From positions 9,982,001-10,046,000 of the forward strand of contig NC_047081.1 in assembly GCF_902459465.1 (NCBI RefSeq): a DNA stretch of 64,000 bases, written 5' to 3'. Below, piece by piece: positions 10,785 through 23,600 of this stretch (position 1 is the stretch's first letter; every line of letters starts with the position of its first letter). The notes beneath the pieces were generated by a model, which saw only the letters and a list, made by a program, of their open reading frames with translations, was not told the DNA's origin and ran no database searches. The position numbers and the translations under genes are program-made. The DNA comes from Asterias rubens. Taxonomy: Eukaryota.

Positions 10785-11310
10785 CACAGTAATATTACTG
10801 GGGTGGGATTCAAACCCAAGACCGCTGACACTCTAGAGCAGGGCTCGATTTCATAGAGCTGCCAAGCACAAAAACTTTGCTTAGCATGAAAAAGTTCTTC
10901 CTCGATAAAAACATTAACTTAAAAACTGACTTGGTAACGAGCATTAGAGAGCTGTTGATAGTATAAAACATTGTGGGAAACAACTCCCTCTGAAGTAACG
11001 TAAACAGGATTACCAACCAAATTTCCATTTATTGTATATTGTTCGTTACTGGTATTCAGCTGTTGCTTGCTGAAATCCTGAAAATCATGTGGAAATTTGG
11101 TTGGTAATCCTGTTTGTATCAAGGAAGAAATTTCATGCTAAGCAAATTGTTGTGCTTAGCAGCTCTATGAAATTGGGCCAAGATGTCTTACCAACCCGGT
11201 CATGGGTTCGAATCCCACCCAAGTAATATGTCTGTGATTTTGTTCACGTAACTTGGAAAAGTACCGAGTATACAGTGCTAACACACATCGGTGTAAGGGT
11301 AACACCAACA
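10785..11310. mobile_element. tRNA-related SINE-like sequence interrupted by a TIR element (10840-11180)
   Basis: gggtgggattcaaaccc and gggttcgaatcccaccc B-box-like segments flank an element with TIR agggc(t/c)c(g/a)atttcatagagctgc...gcagctctatgaaattgggcc. A partial copy of the TIR element is at about 635-770 and related SINE pieces are at 28125-28270. Confidence 0.6.
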
Positions 11311-11744
11311 TTAAAACAATACGAGTTAAGAATATCTTTATAAATCAATTCATTCAATCTGAACCTGAACGCTACCAAGTACGGGCAGATATATACACAT
11401 GTACCCTCTGATAATTTAATGCTTGAACGTTGTGTACCACTCACTAGAAAATTATTATCCAGCTCATCTTTCCAACAAGGGACGATATCTAGAACGATTG
11501 AATATAAGTTTATTGCTTTCGAACACTGTTGAAAGTACAGCTCAACTTCAAGCACCAAAGTGTGCATTTACAGTTTCTGTTATATAGCTGCATGCACAAC
11601 ACAAGCAAACCATTAGTTACATCAATGAAGCACACTTGAACTAATGTTACTTGTTTACCTGTGAAGAACAGCAGTGACATGTAAGAACTTTGTTTATAAA
11701 TTTCATGCAAGTCCTACTTTAATTATATCTTTTGAAAAGTCATG

Positions 11745-12333
11745 ACCGGAGAAAGGGGACTAATTTTGGCAGTTCTGAAAAGGTCAAGTCAAGTATTGGG
11801 TAATCAGAGGAACAATTGATGGTGAAATTACTTGATACCTAATTCTCTTTGGGAATTGGGGAAAAGGGTTACTTCTTGACGGGGAAGGGGGCTAATTTTG
11901 GCATTTCTGAATAGGTCGAAGTCAACTATTGAGAAATCAGAGGAACAATTTATGGTGAAATTACTTGATACCTAGGTCTTTTTGGGAATTACGTGATACC
12001 TAGTTCTCCTTGGGAGTTGGGGAGAAGGATTACTTCTTGACGGGGAAGGGGGCTAATTTCGGCATTTCTGAATAGGTCAAAGTCAACTATTGAGAAATCA
12101 GAGGAACAATTTATGGTGAAATTACTTGATACCTAGGTCTCTTTGGGAATTACGTGATACCTAGTTCTCCTTGGGAGTTGGGGAGAAGGATTACTTCTTG
12201 ACGGGGAGGGGGGCTAATTTCGGCATTTCTGAATAGGTCAAAGTCAACTATTGAGAAATCAGAGAAACAATTTATGGTGAAATTACTTGATACCTAGTTC
12301 TGTTTGGGAATTGGGGAGGGGGGTTACTTCTTG
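11745..12333. repeat. Tandem repeat of about 4 units (130-160 bp) covering the HADH stop codon and proximal 3' UTR
   Basis: Recurrent ttacttcttgacgggga...ggctaatttt/cggcatttctgaataggtc...ggtgaaattacttgatacctag units; the terminal unit contains the HADH stop. Confidence 0.9.
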
Positions 12334-15300
12334 CCGTACGGGTAGAAACCTTCGCCTTTCTTCGTGCCGAGCTTTCCTTGTGCCACCTTCTGATCTAGGA
12401 GTGGGCTGGGCTCAAAGAGTGGATTGTTGGGGAACTTCTCATGCCATCCTTTGGAGAGAAGTAAAGGAAAATTATTTGTTGAAGTACATCAAACGCTTAT
12501 GGTGTTGTCAGAGTGTGTGTTTGACACTTGCCAAATCATAACTGCTTTGTAAAAAGTTGGGAAGGTAGTGCATTCTACTCTACAATCCAGGCTCCTAGTG
12601 GATGATACCGACGCCTACATCCTTACAGACTGTGAAGGGGATAACCCAGTTTCAGCCCCCTGGAGTAGATGGCAACGTGCCTTTGGCGGCAGTTGATTTT
12701 GGTTTTAAAAGTGAAGCCTTAAACTTAAAGTGGCCGTCCAGCCTCAGGGTTATTACTATTATTATTATTATTATTATTCAATGTTATTTATACAGGGTAG
12801 CCCAATCAGTGTCAGGGGCCCTGTATAAAAAGCAATACACACCACAGAACAAGGATGTTAGGCGATCTCTCATCGAAAACAAAATTCTAAAAAAGGTTGA
12901 CTGTTTATGCCTGCCACAGATAAATCAACTCCTTACCATCGATGATGAACTTTGTGACGTCGAGCCCAACGTAGTCCGCCAATTCAAACGGTCCCATGGG
13001 ATAGCCAGCTCCTAGCTTCATAGCCGTGTCTATGTCTCGTGCTGATGCGTCGCCTAAATTTAAAATCAAAGGATAAAAAACAAAACCATTGTACTTGTTC
13101 CCAATTCTAACATTATCTACATATCAGTTTTATATTAAAAAAAAAAAAAATTAGAAAAAAAAGTGTGATTTTATTTTTAAGTAAAAGGGCTAACCTACAG
13201 GGAGAAAAAGAGCAGGGTTTAGACAAATTTTCAGGCTTTTTTTAACACAATTTTGGCAGGGGCAACAACAAATTTGACAAAATAGGGAGACCGCCAACAT
13301 TGGGCTAAAAGGCTCAATGGGTAGAAAGCAGGCATGTCAAGCCAGAGGTTGTTGGTTCAAACCCTGCTCTAGAGAATTGTTCTTTAAAGACACTGGACAC
13401 TATTGGTAATTGTCAAAGACTAGTCTTCAAGGTTGGTGTATCTCAACATATGCACAAAATAACAAACCTGCGAAAATTTGAGCTCAAATCGGTCGGCAAA
13501 GTTGCGAGATATTAATGTCAGAAAAAAACACCCTTGTCGCACCATGGTTACACAAAGTTGTGCGCTTCCAGATGCTTGATTTCGAGACCTCAATTTCTTA
13601 ATCTGAGGTCCGCAAATCAAATTCGTGGAAAATTACTTCTTTCTTGAAAACTACGTCACTTCAGAGGGAGCTGTTTCTCACAATGTTTTATACTATCAAC
13701 CTCTCCCAATTACTCGTAATCAAGAAAGGTTTTATGATAATAATTTTTGTGGAGTAATTACCAATAGTGTCCACTGCCTTTAATTGGTTTATAACACAAA
13801 ACTAAAAACAAAATAAGGACCACAATCCCTTACCCCTCTCTACCAGCCTGATGGCTTCCATCATGTAAGGCACTAGAAGTCTGTTAACGATGAATCCTGG
13901 AGTGTCCTGGTAAAGAATGAATATTCATAAAATGTAATTAGAATGTGTTGCATATTCATGGAGTCATTGATACTTTTATTCTATCAGTAAGGGTGTGACT
14001 TTATGCCAGGCCTGTCATCTTTGAGAGGGCAAGGCTATTTTCATTGTAAATGGGCACTTATTGTTCAAAAATCTTCAGAGACCGCCCGGGTGCTCCACAA
14101 GAAAATTTATGTACCAAGTATATGGGGAAACTGACGAACAATCTATGAGGAAACTGGGAAAGTGCAAGACCGAAGGAAAGAACAAGAGAGAAGAGATTGC
14201 TCCAGTAGGATGCTTTTTTGAGAATGAGTGTAAGTATGTAGTTTGGAAAAGCGTAAAGAAACTATTTATAAAATGAACTCCATAATGATTGGCATATGTA
14301 AGACAGATCCACAAACTATGGAGCACCTCCCGAGGCGCCCCCTACTGGAGCAAGAATGCAAAACTGAGGACCATGTAGAGTACAAGGTATTGCTAGGAAC
14401 TGTGTCCAGTTCTGGCTGAAACACAATATCTAGTGAGTGAGGACTTGATACAAAGACGAAGTTAATCAATACATACTTTGCACACAACTGGTACTTTGCC
14501 TAAACTTTTTGAAAAATCCATGAGCGACTGGAACGTTGCATCACTCTGTTCTGATATCTGAACGACCTGAAAGGGATTAAAGGAATAAACAATGGTCGTG
14601 ATAATAAGTAATTGAATGGGTAGTAGAAGAGGCGACTGAAAAGATAATAGTTTATTTCAATTTACAATTTTAGCTTTTAAAGGCACTGGACACTATTGGT
14701 AATTACTAAATAATTGTTAGCCCATAAAAACTAACTTGTTAAAGAGCAATGGTAACTGTTGATAGTATAAAACATTGTTAGAAACAGCCTCCTCTGAAGT
14801 AATGTAGTTTTTGAGAAGGAGGTTATTTCTCACTCAAATATTAAAAGGCTTCAGGCCTGAAGCCTTTTCATAGGCATCTGAAAGCACACACATGTGTACA
14901 ACAAGGGTGTTTTTCTTTTATTATTCTCTTCCAACTTCTATAACCAATTGAGTCCAAATTTTCATTGATGCATTAAATGTTGGATTACACAAAGTGAGAA
15001 TTCTTGTCTTTGGCAATTACCAAAGTTGTCCGGTGCCTTTTAAGGATGTGGGTACCTTTTGTAACACAAAACACAATGTCCACAGATTTACATTAAACTT
15101 AGGACCGTTTGAAGATAATGATAGTAGAAAGCTTCCCTGAGAATATTACTTGCTGAGGTGCTGTAGGTTTTTTTTTTAGAAATGAGTAAAACAATGTCAT
15201 GAAAATACGTTTTTACATGCTAAAATAATGTTTGTCTCATGATCACTGAGACAAAAATTATTGTCATGACATTGTTTTACTCATTTCCCAAAAACTACAG

Positions 15301-18300
15301 CACCTCAGCAAGTAGTATCGTCAGGGAAGCTTTCTACTCTCATTATCTTCAAACTGTGTAAGTTTAGTGTAAATCTGTAAATGTCATCACTGGTTTTTTT
15401 TTTCATAATAAAGAAATATGGCAGTGAAAAATCACATTTTCTCTGATTTTCTTTTAGTTTTGTCCACTTCTTGACTTATGACATCTTTATAAGGGAGAGC
15501 AGGGCTCAATGGGCCATATTTTTGACCGTGTGAGGGCGCTCTCAATCACTTCCGGGGGTATATTCATTCAAACCCAAAACAGTTTTTAAAGATTGGAATA
15601 CATTACCACCACAGACATCTAATCCATCAGAGACAATAAGACTTTTAAAGGAGCCGTTATAATCCACCTCTAAAGCAAATTGAAACTACGGCGCAACAAA
15701 AGTGACAGAACGCCTATTAATTTGTGCAGGGCGAATCGCGTGTACCCCCGGAAGTGATAAAAATACTATTTATAGCGCCCTCGCGCTGTCAAAAATAAGG
15801 GGCATTGTTTGGATATAAAGTCCCATTAATCATTTAGGCATGCTCTAGAAAGCTGAACATAATTATACAAAGACCAAATGGCATTAAAGGGTTTTTGTAC
15901 TTTTTGTAGGACAAAAAACACTTACCTCTACAAGTTTCATGACAGGGACAGGGTTAAAGAAATGAAGACCAGCGAATCTATCTCGCCTATCCGTGGAGAT
16001 GGCTATATCTGAGATGGGTAGTGATGAGGTATTACTGGCGAAAATTGTTTCCCTGAAAATATCAAAATGGCACACAAATTAAAGTGAGTAATCATAATTC
16101 TTAATTTTGCATGCAAAGCTTACCTGTTATGATTCGGCCTCTCACCCCAAACACGAGGGGCAGGGAGTGAATGTTGTTTTTTTCAGGATGGTTTATATGT
16201 AAGAATTAGTAATTGTCAAAGACCAGTATTCTCACTTGGTGTATCCCAACTTACCCTGAAATTTTTTACTCAATTCACTGAAGTTGGACGAAAATAATAG
16301 AAAGAAAAACCACCCTTGTTGCACAAATTTTTGCTTGCTTTCAGAATAAAAGGTTTCAGGCCTGAAGTCTTATTTTTTGAGTGAGAAATTACCTCTTTCT
16401 CAAAAACTATGTTACTTCAGAGGGAGCCATTTCTCACAATGTTATTATACTTTCAACAGCTCTCCATTGCTTGTTACAAAGTAAGAATATATGCTAACCA
16501 ATTACCAAACGTGTCCAGTCCCTTTAAAGACACTGGACACTATTGGTAATTGTCAAAGACCAGTCTTCTCACTTGGTTTCTCTCAACAAATACATAAAAT
16601 AACAAACTTGTGAAAACTTGAGCTCACTCGGTCATCGATGTTGTGAGATAATAATGAAAGAAAAAACACCCTTGTCACACGAAGTTGTGTGCTTTCAGAT
16701 GCTTGATTTCGAGAGGAGACCTCAAATTCTAAATCTGAGGTGTTGAAATCAAAATCGTGAAAAATGACTTCTTTCTCCAAAACTACGTTACTTCAGAGGG
16801 AGCCGTATCTCACAATGTAATGTACTATCAACAGCTCTCCATTACTTGTTACCAAGTAAGGTTTTATGCCAATAACTTTTTTGAGTAATTACCAATAGTG
16901 TCCACTGCCTTTAAATGCATTTTGTCTGAGTTCCTTGCCTTCACAGCCAGAATCGAATAAATGAAATGAATAACTTACTGAGGGGCTACTTTATCAAGCT
17001 GACTGAAGAGTTCTTGCTTGACTTGCAAGTTTTCAATGATAGCTTCGATGACTAGATCAGTCTTTGTCACTGCGGCCAATGCATCTGTGCTGAGACTAAT
17101 GGAAGAAAGTGCAGATTTGGAATAGCTCTCCGCCGCCTGCAAAAAGTAGAGTACACAGTGTTGGATGGTCACAAATTAAAAGAAATCAATCAAAGGGGTG
17201 AGGCTAATCAAAGCAGAAAATAAATCTACTACCTCAAACTTTGTGCCAGCTAAAAAGACCCGAGGACCAGTCAAAATTCACTCCAGGTGGCTATTTCAGT
17301 GTTAAAAAAGCATCACCAGAGAATAATTGGATAAAAGCTGGTTGGGTTGGCTACTGAAATGGCAAGCGAACTGGTCCTGCTGGCGATTAAGTTGAGGGCA
17401 AAGTGGACCAGTGAAGTGAAAAGTTAGCGGTATAATGCAAAGACAAGCTAACTGGTCCTGCTAACTGAAAATGTTCAAGGCTAAGTGTTGTCCGTAGTAA
17501 AATACTGCTGCTATCAGGCGTCATCCTGTTGGCAGTACAGAAATAAATGTAACTTTTTAAGACCCCCCTCCGCTCTTCTTTGACCATGTAAAAACATGAT
17601 TCATTTGAAATGGAATCACGTCAAAATAATTGCTTTTTCACACGCCTGTACTTAGCATCCTACAAGCAATTGACAGTTTTTAACAAGCATGCACGCAAAG
17701 CAGTCACCCTTGGAAGCCAATCAGTGTAGGTTTTCAGAACATCCCTACTACGAGTTAGTGATAAGAGACATCAACGTTGCCCACTGATGGTAGCGAGGTT
17801 GGATGATGATAAATCCTACCTTGAGATCTTCTCCAAATTTTTTCTTTGCTACTCGGGATAAGCTTCTTTCTATCGACAATTTTGAATGTGCCAGGATTTC
17901 TTCTGATTGGTCGACAACTGTCACTTGGTGTCCAGTCTGGGCGGCAACCTTTAAATAGAAAGAACGAACTTGATTTTGAATAATGTGATTACAGGTCTAA
18001 CTGTACAACTTAAATGCATTTAATGGTTGGTTGGATTTTCACATAGTACCAATATATTCAATTACAAAAAAGACAAACACGCCCAAGTACAAATTGTAAT
18101 CTAGGGCACTGTTCTTTTTCTCTCTCTGAAAACCTGTTACACCTGCCGTCAAAGTGAATTACGACCGCAAATGTGAACATTTGGTCAGTGGTCTAACCAT
18201 CTCCGTGGAGACGATAGTGGAAGTGGCTGAAGTAGCCTGTGGCTGAATGCTTCGTTTTTGAAAGGGTAAGGTATCAATTTACAATTTCATAAAGAAATTT

Positions 18301-19087
18301 CATAGGGAAATCTGTACGCCGGAGATTCTGTCCCTCATATTCCCATAATGGAAAATTAACAGGAGGATGATTCAAAAGAGGGCGCTATCATGAGAAGTTT
18401 CCGTAGGAGTATGGCGCCACAACTTTTTAACTCATTGTCACACAAAAGGGATATCTCATTAGGTAAATTAATTAGATACTATTTCATATCGAATGAAAAA
18501 GTGGTGGCGCCATACGGAAGCTTTTCCCAATACTGAAGTTTGTACACAGTTAGTTAGCCACTATTGGGGGATATAATCTCCGGGGGATTGAATCTCAGGG
18601 AGACAGAATTTCCTGCCTCACACCAGCCTAGCCCTGCCCCCCCCCCCCCTGTTTGCCTACGTAACAAATAAAAAAGGGAACCAATTGGCAATCATGAACT
18701 ATTTATTAGTTGTAACTTATTTTTCATTCAATTTCACTGTTCAGATACACATTTATTTATATAACAATAAGTTAAATACTAGTTGCGAGAATGCAACCCT
18801 CATGCCGATGCCGACGCCGTCGACAGCAGGGTTACGTTATCGTCAGGCCCAGAGGGGGCAGCATAACAGTCGCGCCGGCGCCGGCGGACTGGCCTAGCTA
18901 GCAGGCCTACTACTACAGAGATCAGGACCAAGGACAAGAGGCGGTACACTTAACGAAAAACCAAACTCACCTGTGCAATACCAACTCCCATTTGTCCGCC
19001 CCCAATCACCGTGACATGTTTGATGGCTGCCATTCTCAACGCCGAGGTGGTTAACCCTCTTCGCAATACTTTAGTCACGAAGGACAT
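12324..19087 (-). CDS. HADH: Mitochondrial short-chain 3-hydroxyacyl-CoA dehydrogenase, 8 exons, 311 aa
   Basis: Exons 19087-18971, 17948-17820, 17136-16979, 16052-15926, 14566-14477, 13906-13834, 13053-12937, 12448-12324, all GT-AG with consistent phases (936 nt). Motifs: [92 protein letters not shown]. Confidence 0.96.
13287..13378 (+). mobile_element. Degenerate tRNA-derived SINE head (same family as 24985-25340)
   Basis: ggagaccgccaacattgggcta...gctcaatgggtagaa...ggttcaaaccctgctctag. Confidence 0.6.
13384..13783. mobile_element. Kolobok-type MITE (TTAA TSD, AGG...CCT termini)
   Basis: ttaa-agacactggacactattggtaatt...aattaccaatagtgtccactgcct-ttaa. Confidence 0.85.
14677..15043. mobile_element. 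Kolobok-type MITE
   Basis: ttaaaggcactggacactattgg...ccaaagttgtccggtgccttttaa. Confidence 0.8.
15040..15385. mobile_element. Second palindromic MITE family abutting the previous element
   Basis: cacagatttacattaaactt...aagtttagtgtaaatctgt inverted arms; related copy at about 24385-24700. Confidence 0.7.
15508..15810. mobile_element. TIR element in HADH intron 4
   Basis: ...gagggcgct...atcacttccggggg versus cccccggaagtgat...agcgccctc inverted ends. Confidence 0.55.
16207..16914. mobile_element. Two tandem Kolobok-type MITEs sharing TTAA 16524-16527
   Basis: First copy 5'-truncated and ending gtgtccagtccct-ttaa; second agacactggacac...gtgtccactgcct-ttaa. Confidence 0.8.
18409..18529. mobile_element. 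Short palindromic MITE-like element in HADH intron 1
   Basis: Same family as 9690-9812. Confidence 0.7.
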
Positions 19088-20680
19088 TGTTAACAAGCGT
19101 CAGTTTTGTCCACAGAATTAATTTAGAAACTTTACTTTTATTCCACGAGCGATTCAGCTGCTCTGTAGTTTTGTGTGTGTGGAATCGCTAAGGTGTCAAA
19201 GGTCAAACTATCACATACTTACTGGGCACGTGTCAAAGGACGCCCTCACGTGTCAGGGAGCTGCATTACACAACTCAAATCAATCCGTAGCTACTGAACA
19301 CTGGCCCATAACCTGTGAAAATAAGCAGAAAATACTGCTTGGCAAAAATTCTTTGATAAGCAACAATTGAGTGGGGCACCAGCCATAACGGTGCGAACTT
19401 AATGTAATGCTGGCTGATAAGAACTGGTTTTTGCAAAGCAGTAGGCCCTCTGTTATTTGCTCACAACAAGTTTTTGTATCATGTTGGCCCTGGCGTCACA
19501 CTTCGACGAGGCTCAAGCCAAGGTCAATGCAAGTCCATCTTCACCTTTCACCTACATTCAAAAGCAGACGACTGGAAGTGCGACTGCCAAACGCCACCTC
19601 GGACCGTCGACCAATCAAAACACAGCTATAAGCTTTCGTCACTGCACGTTTATCCAATTAAATCACTGGTTTTGAAAAGCAAGTACCTGTCTCTAGGGGA
19701 CCACTCTATTCAATCCATAGTTGTGCACTTTTTTATTTTGTACCTCCATGTTCTATTGTAAAACGTTTCTCATCTTCTAGTGACCTCTTGCAACAACTTG
19801 TGTTTGGATTTTTCAATGTCGTCAGAGATGCACTCGAACGTCAACACAAAAAGGCCTACTCTTGAACTTGTTTCTCTGCACAATTAGCTGGCTCACAGTC
19901 AGTTTCTCTGTTCGGGTTATTTAGAGGATTGTTAGACGAAGTTGTCCCGTCATCGTTAAAAAAAAGGAACCAGGAGAAAAATTAAACGAATTAATGACGG
20001 GACACACAGTAGATTATTTTCTGTCCGAAATTTCAAATCTGAATTTTGTGAAACTTATCCCAGTCTTAATTCTCAATTGAATAATAATTATGTTCTCGAT
20101 CCGATGCCCAAAAGAAGGCGTATAGGCTAACAACGGATTTTTCCACAAGCAGCAGAAAGGAGGCCATTTTGCAATAAAATGGCCATAGAAAAACACCATA
20201 AAAGACATAATTTTAAAATTTTAATTTCAGTTGTTATTGCCCCGCTATCCCAAATAACCCGCGTTTTCCTCACTCCGCATAATTATGGGCATTGTGTGGA
20301 TGGATTGGCTTAATTCCAGAAGTGCTTAGTGAGAGTGTCTTTGAATCTAATGAGTCTAATGATGTCACAACACAAATCACTATGGTGATACTGACAACTC
20401 ATCTTACGATGAGTCTTAGTGCTTTGTGAAATCGAGCGCAGACATATCACAGTGAAACAAAAACAACAATAATATGCAAATGTACAAGGCCGACACCAGC
20501 CAATCACTTCCTTTGCTTTGAAAGTCACCTCATTATAACTACACATCAGAATACAGTCCCGGCGGAGACTGTGCCGTGTGTGATTTACATCTCAAGTCTT
20601 AGACCACGGCTACACAGGTTTGGAGACGACACTCTTTTTTCTCAGTCCTCGTCGATACAATTCCACTCCTTGTTGACGAC

Positions 20681-23600
20681 ATGATGGAGACAACTACACT
20701 ACGCAAGGAGGAGGAGGAGAGCTCCCTGCAAGAAGACGAAAACGGAGCCGGGTTCCAGGGTCTTTATCGCTCCGTGCAGAATGAACAGGTCGAGCCAATC
20801 GAGGCTAAAGTAACAGGTAGGCTATATACAAAATCTAATTATTCGCTTGATTTAAGAATGTTTCCAATGTCTGTTTTCATACTGTTATGCGATCTCTGGC
20901 CATTAAAGGCAGTGGACACTATTGGTAATTACTCAAAATAATTATAAGCATAAAACCTTTCTTGATTACGAGTAATGGGGAGAGGTTGATAGTATAAAAG
21001 ATTGTGTGAAACAGCTCCCTCTGAAGTGACATAGTTTTCGAGAAAGAAGTAATTTTCCACAAATTTGATTTCGATACCTCAAGTTTAGAATTTGAGTTCT
21101 CGAAATCAAGCATCTGAAAGCACACAACTTCGTGTGACCATGGTGCGACAAGGGTGTTTTTTCTTTCATTAATAACTTGCAACTTCGATGACCGATTGAG
21201 CTCAAATTTTCACAGGTTTGTTATTTTATGCATATATTGAGATACACCAACTGTGAAGACTAGGTTTTGACAATTACCAATAGTGTCCACTGTCTTTAAG
21301 AACTTGTTTTCAACGTCTGTTTTCATAGTTACGTGATCTCTGGCTATATAAGTAGCATTTGAGTTTTTGCGTACGGCAGCCCACTCCACAGGAGGACAAT
21401 CTGGTTTGTGGCTTTATCGTTTGAAATACCAACAACTCACTTGTTAGTTTCTTTTCACGTTTCTTAAAAATTGAAACCCAAGATATGTAACTGGGGGGGG
21501 GGGGGGGGGTATGTATCGAAGTTTCTTTCGATCCCATTTTGAGGCGCTTTCTCTAGCTACCGGCGGGGTATTCCTTCCTCCCCTACTAACCCCGCCCCCT
21601 GCTTACCAACGCATTCCAAATTGTCGTCAGAGCAATGATAGTTACTAACAGAAACACACAGTTTAGAAAAGTGTCAATTTTGTTTTTACACTCGGCTGTT
21701 GCTGAAGAACCAACTCTAAAGATACTATAGGTGTATGCCTGTTAAATATTGCATAACTCGCTACAGCCATAACGCACGTCCACCAAATTAAAGGCAGTGG
21801 ACACTATTGGTAATTGTCAAAGACTAGCCGTCACAGTTGGTGTATCTCAACATATGCATAAAATAACTAACATGTGAAAATTTGAGCTCACTCGGTCATC
21901 GAAGTTGCGAGATATTAATAAAAGAAAAAACACCCTTGTCACACGAAGTTGCGTGCGTTTAGATGGTTGATTTCGAGACCTCAAGTTCTAAATCTGAGGT
22001 CTCGAAATCAAACTCGTGGGAAAATACTTCTGTCTCAAAAACTATGGCACTTCAGAGGGGCCGTTTCTCACAATGTTTTATACTATCAACAGCTCAAAAT
22101 TACTCGTTATCAAGGTTTTACGCTGATAATTATTTTGAGTAATTACCGATAGTGTCCACTGCCTTTAACATCAACTTGAACGACCAAAAGTCAGATCCAC
22201 CTTGAACAGATATCGTTGCCATGAATTATTTTGCCTAGCAACCGCATTTTCTAGAGCATCAAGACACGTCGCAATGGATGTGATGTCTTAATGTATCTAT
22301 TTCAGTCGACAACAACATCTGCGGACATCGTTGCACGGCACTCCTCACTCCGGAGCGAATAATTCTATCCAAGCAGGAAGGATACTCTCTCGATAGGAGT
22401 TTACGCAATCTGAGAAATGTTACTGACCGTAACGCTTCTCAGATTCAACTTGTTAAAACATAACAACTGATATCATTCGTTACATAACCACATGAATTCG
22501 AAGTGAAAATGTTTCTTACAGTGCTTTAAACTATTGAAGGCAGCTGTGATGGGCTTCTTACTAAATGATATTGCCAATAATTTCAAAACGTAGACCCTAC
22601 ACCTTCCCCTTAAACAAAACAAGTTTCTGTGAGGATGTGTGGTTCTGATACAGCCGATGATATTATTTGTTGAGCAGGAGGTGTGATATTGGTTCTAGCT
22701 AATCCAAGCTTTCAGGCTATTAAAAACAATTAACCATTAACCATTATCCTGTATAAATTAATATCTCTAGAAAAAAATGTTGGCGTGATGACTTCTTTTG
22801 TTTAATTTACCTCAAACTACCGGGCATTTTTTCTCGACAATTGTGTTTTCTTCAATAGATCTTGAAAGAGCCTCAAGCGCCTGACAGGTATCTCTCAAAA
22901 TTATGCAGTGCAAATAACTATTAAGGCAAAATATGCAGATGATCATCATGTTCTATGTACTGTTAAACATGCCGTGATACCTGTGTTTTGTTTTGTTCGG
23001 GCTGTGCAATCATTACTTATAGTGTCCAGTGCCTTTAACCGACTGATCGGGCAAACGCGGCTTAATTAAGCAATGAGTGTAATTAAGCCGCGTTTGCCAG
23101 ATCAGTCAGTTAAAGGCACTGGACACTGTAAGTAACTTCTCAAAATAATTGTTAGAATACAAATTTACTTGGTTTTACGAGCTATGGAGAGCTGATGATA
23201 GTATATTTGTCAGAAACTGTTTCCTCTGAAGTAAATCGTTTTTGAGAAAGAGGTGATTTCTCACTCAATTAATATTAAAAGACTTCAGCTGAGGTAATCT
23301 AGTATGCCTCTGAAAGCACACAAAGTAATGCAAATTGGGTGTTTTTCTTTTTTAATATTCTCTTGCAACTTCGATGAAAAATTGAGCCGACTAATTTTCA
23401 CAGGTTTGTGATTTTAATTTGTAAGCAGGTTGGGAGACACCAAGATTACTGATGACAGTAACTCTGGTGTCCAGTGCCTTTAAGTCGTGCAGCCAAGTTG
23501 CGTCGGCCGACCCTTCGGTTAAAATGCACGGCTTCCCCCTGCCTGGGGGAAATGTTTGATAATAAATAAAATAAGAGGCTTTTCAGAGAATGGATTTCGT

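Noticed and set aside
11745-12333. CRISPR-like array
   Set aside because: Eukaryotic context; whole units are repeated with no unique spacers and no cas genes.
12602-13015. 137-aa plus-strand ORF
   Set aside because: Antisense to HADH exon 7 and running through an ATT tract; no recognisable domain.
19407-19761. Overlapping plus-strand ORFs between HADH and BCO
   Set aside because: Short, no recognisable motifs or splice signals, and partly made of MITE-derived sequence.
20919-21205. ORFs such as 20919-21182, 13420-13620, 34902-35108, 48787-49002 and 59307-59513
   Set aside because: All lie within copies of the same non-coding MITE; no transposase motifs.
22311-22465. Possible extra BCO exon after tatttcag in intron 1
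   Set aside because: The in-phase reading hits a stop with no convincing donor, and exons 1 and 2 already join into the family consensus (AKVTG-TIP).
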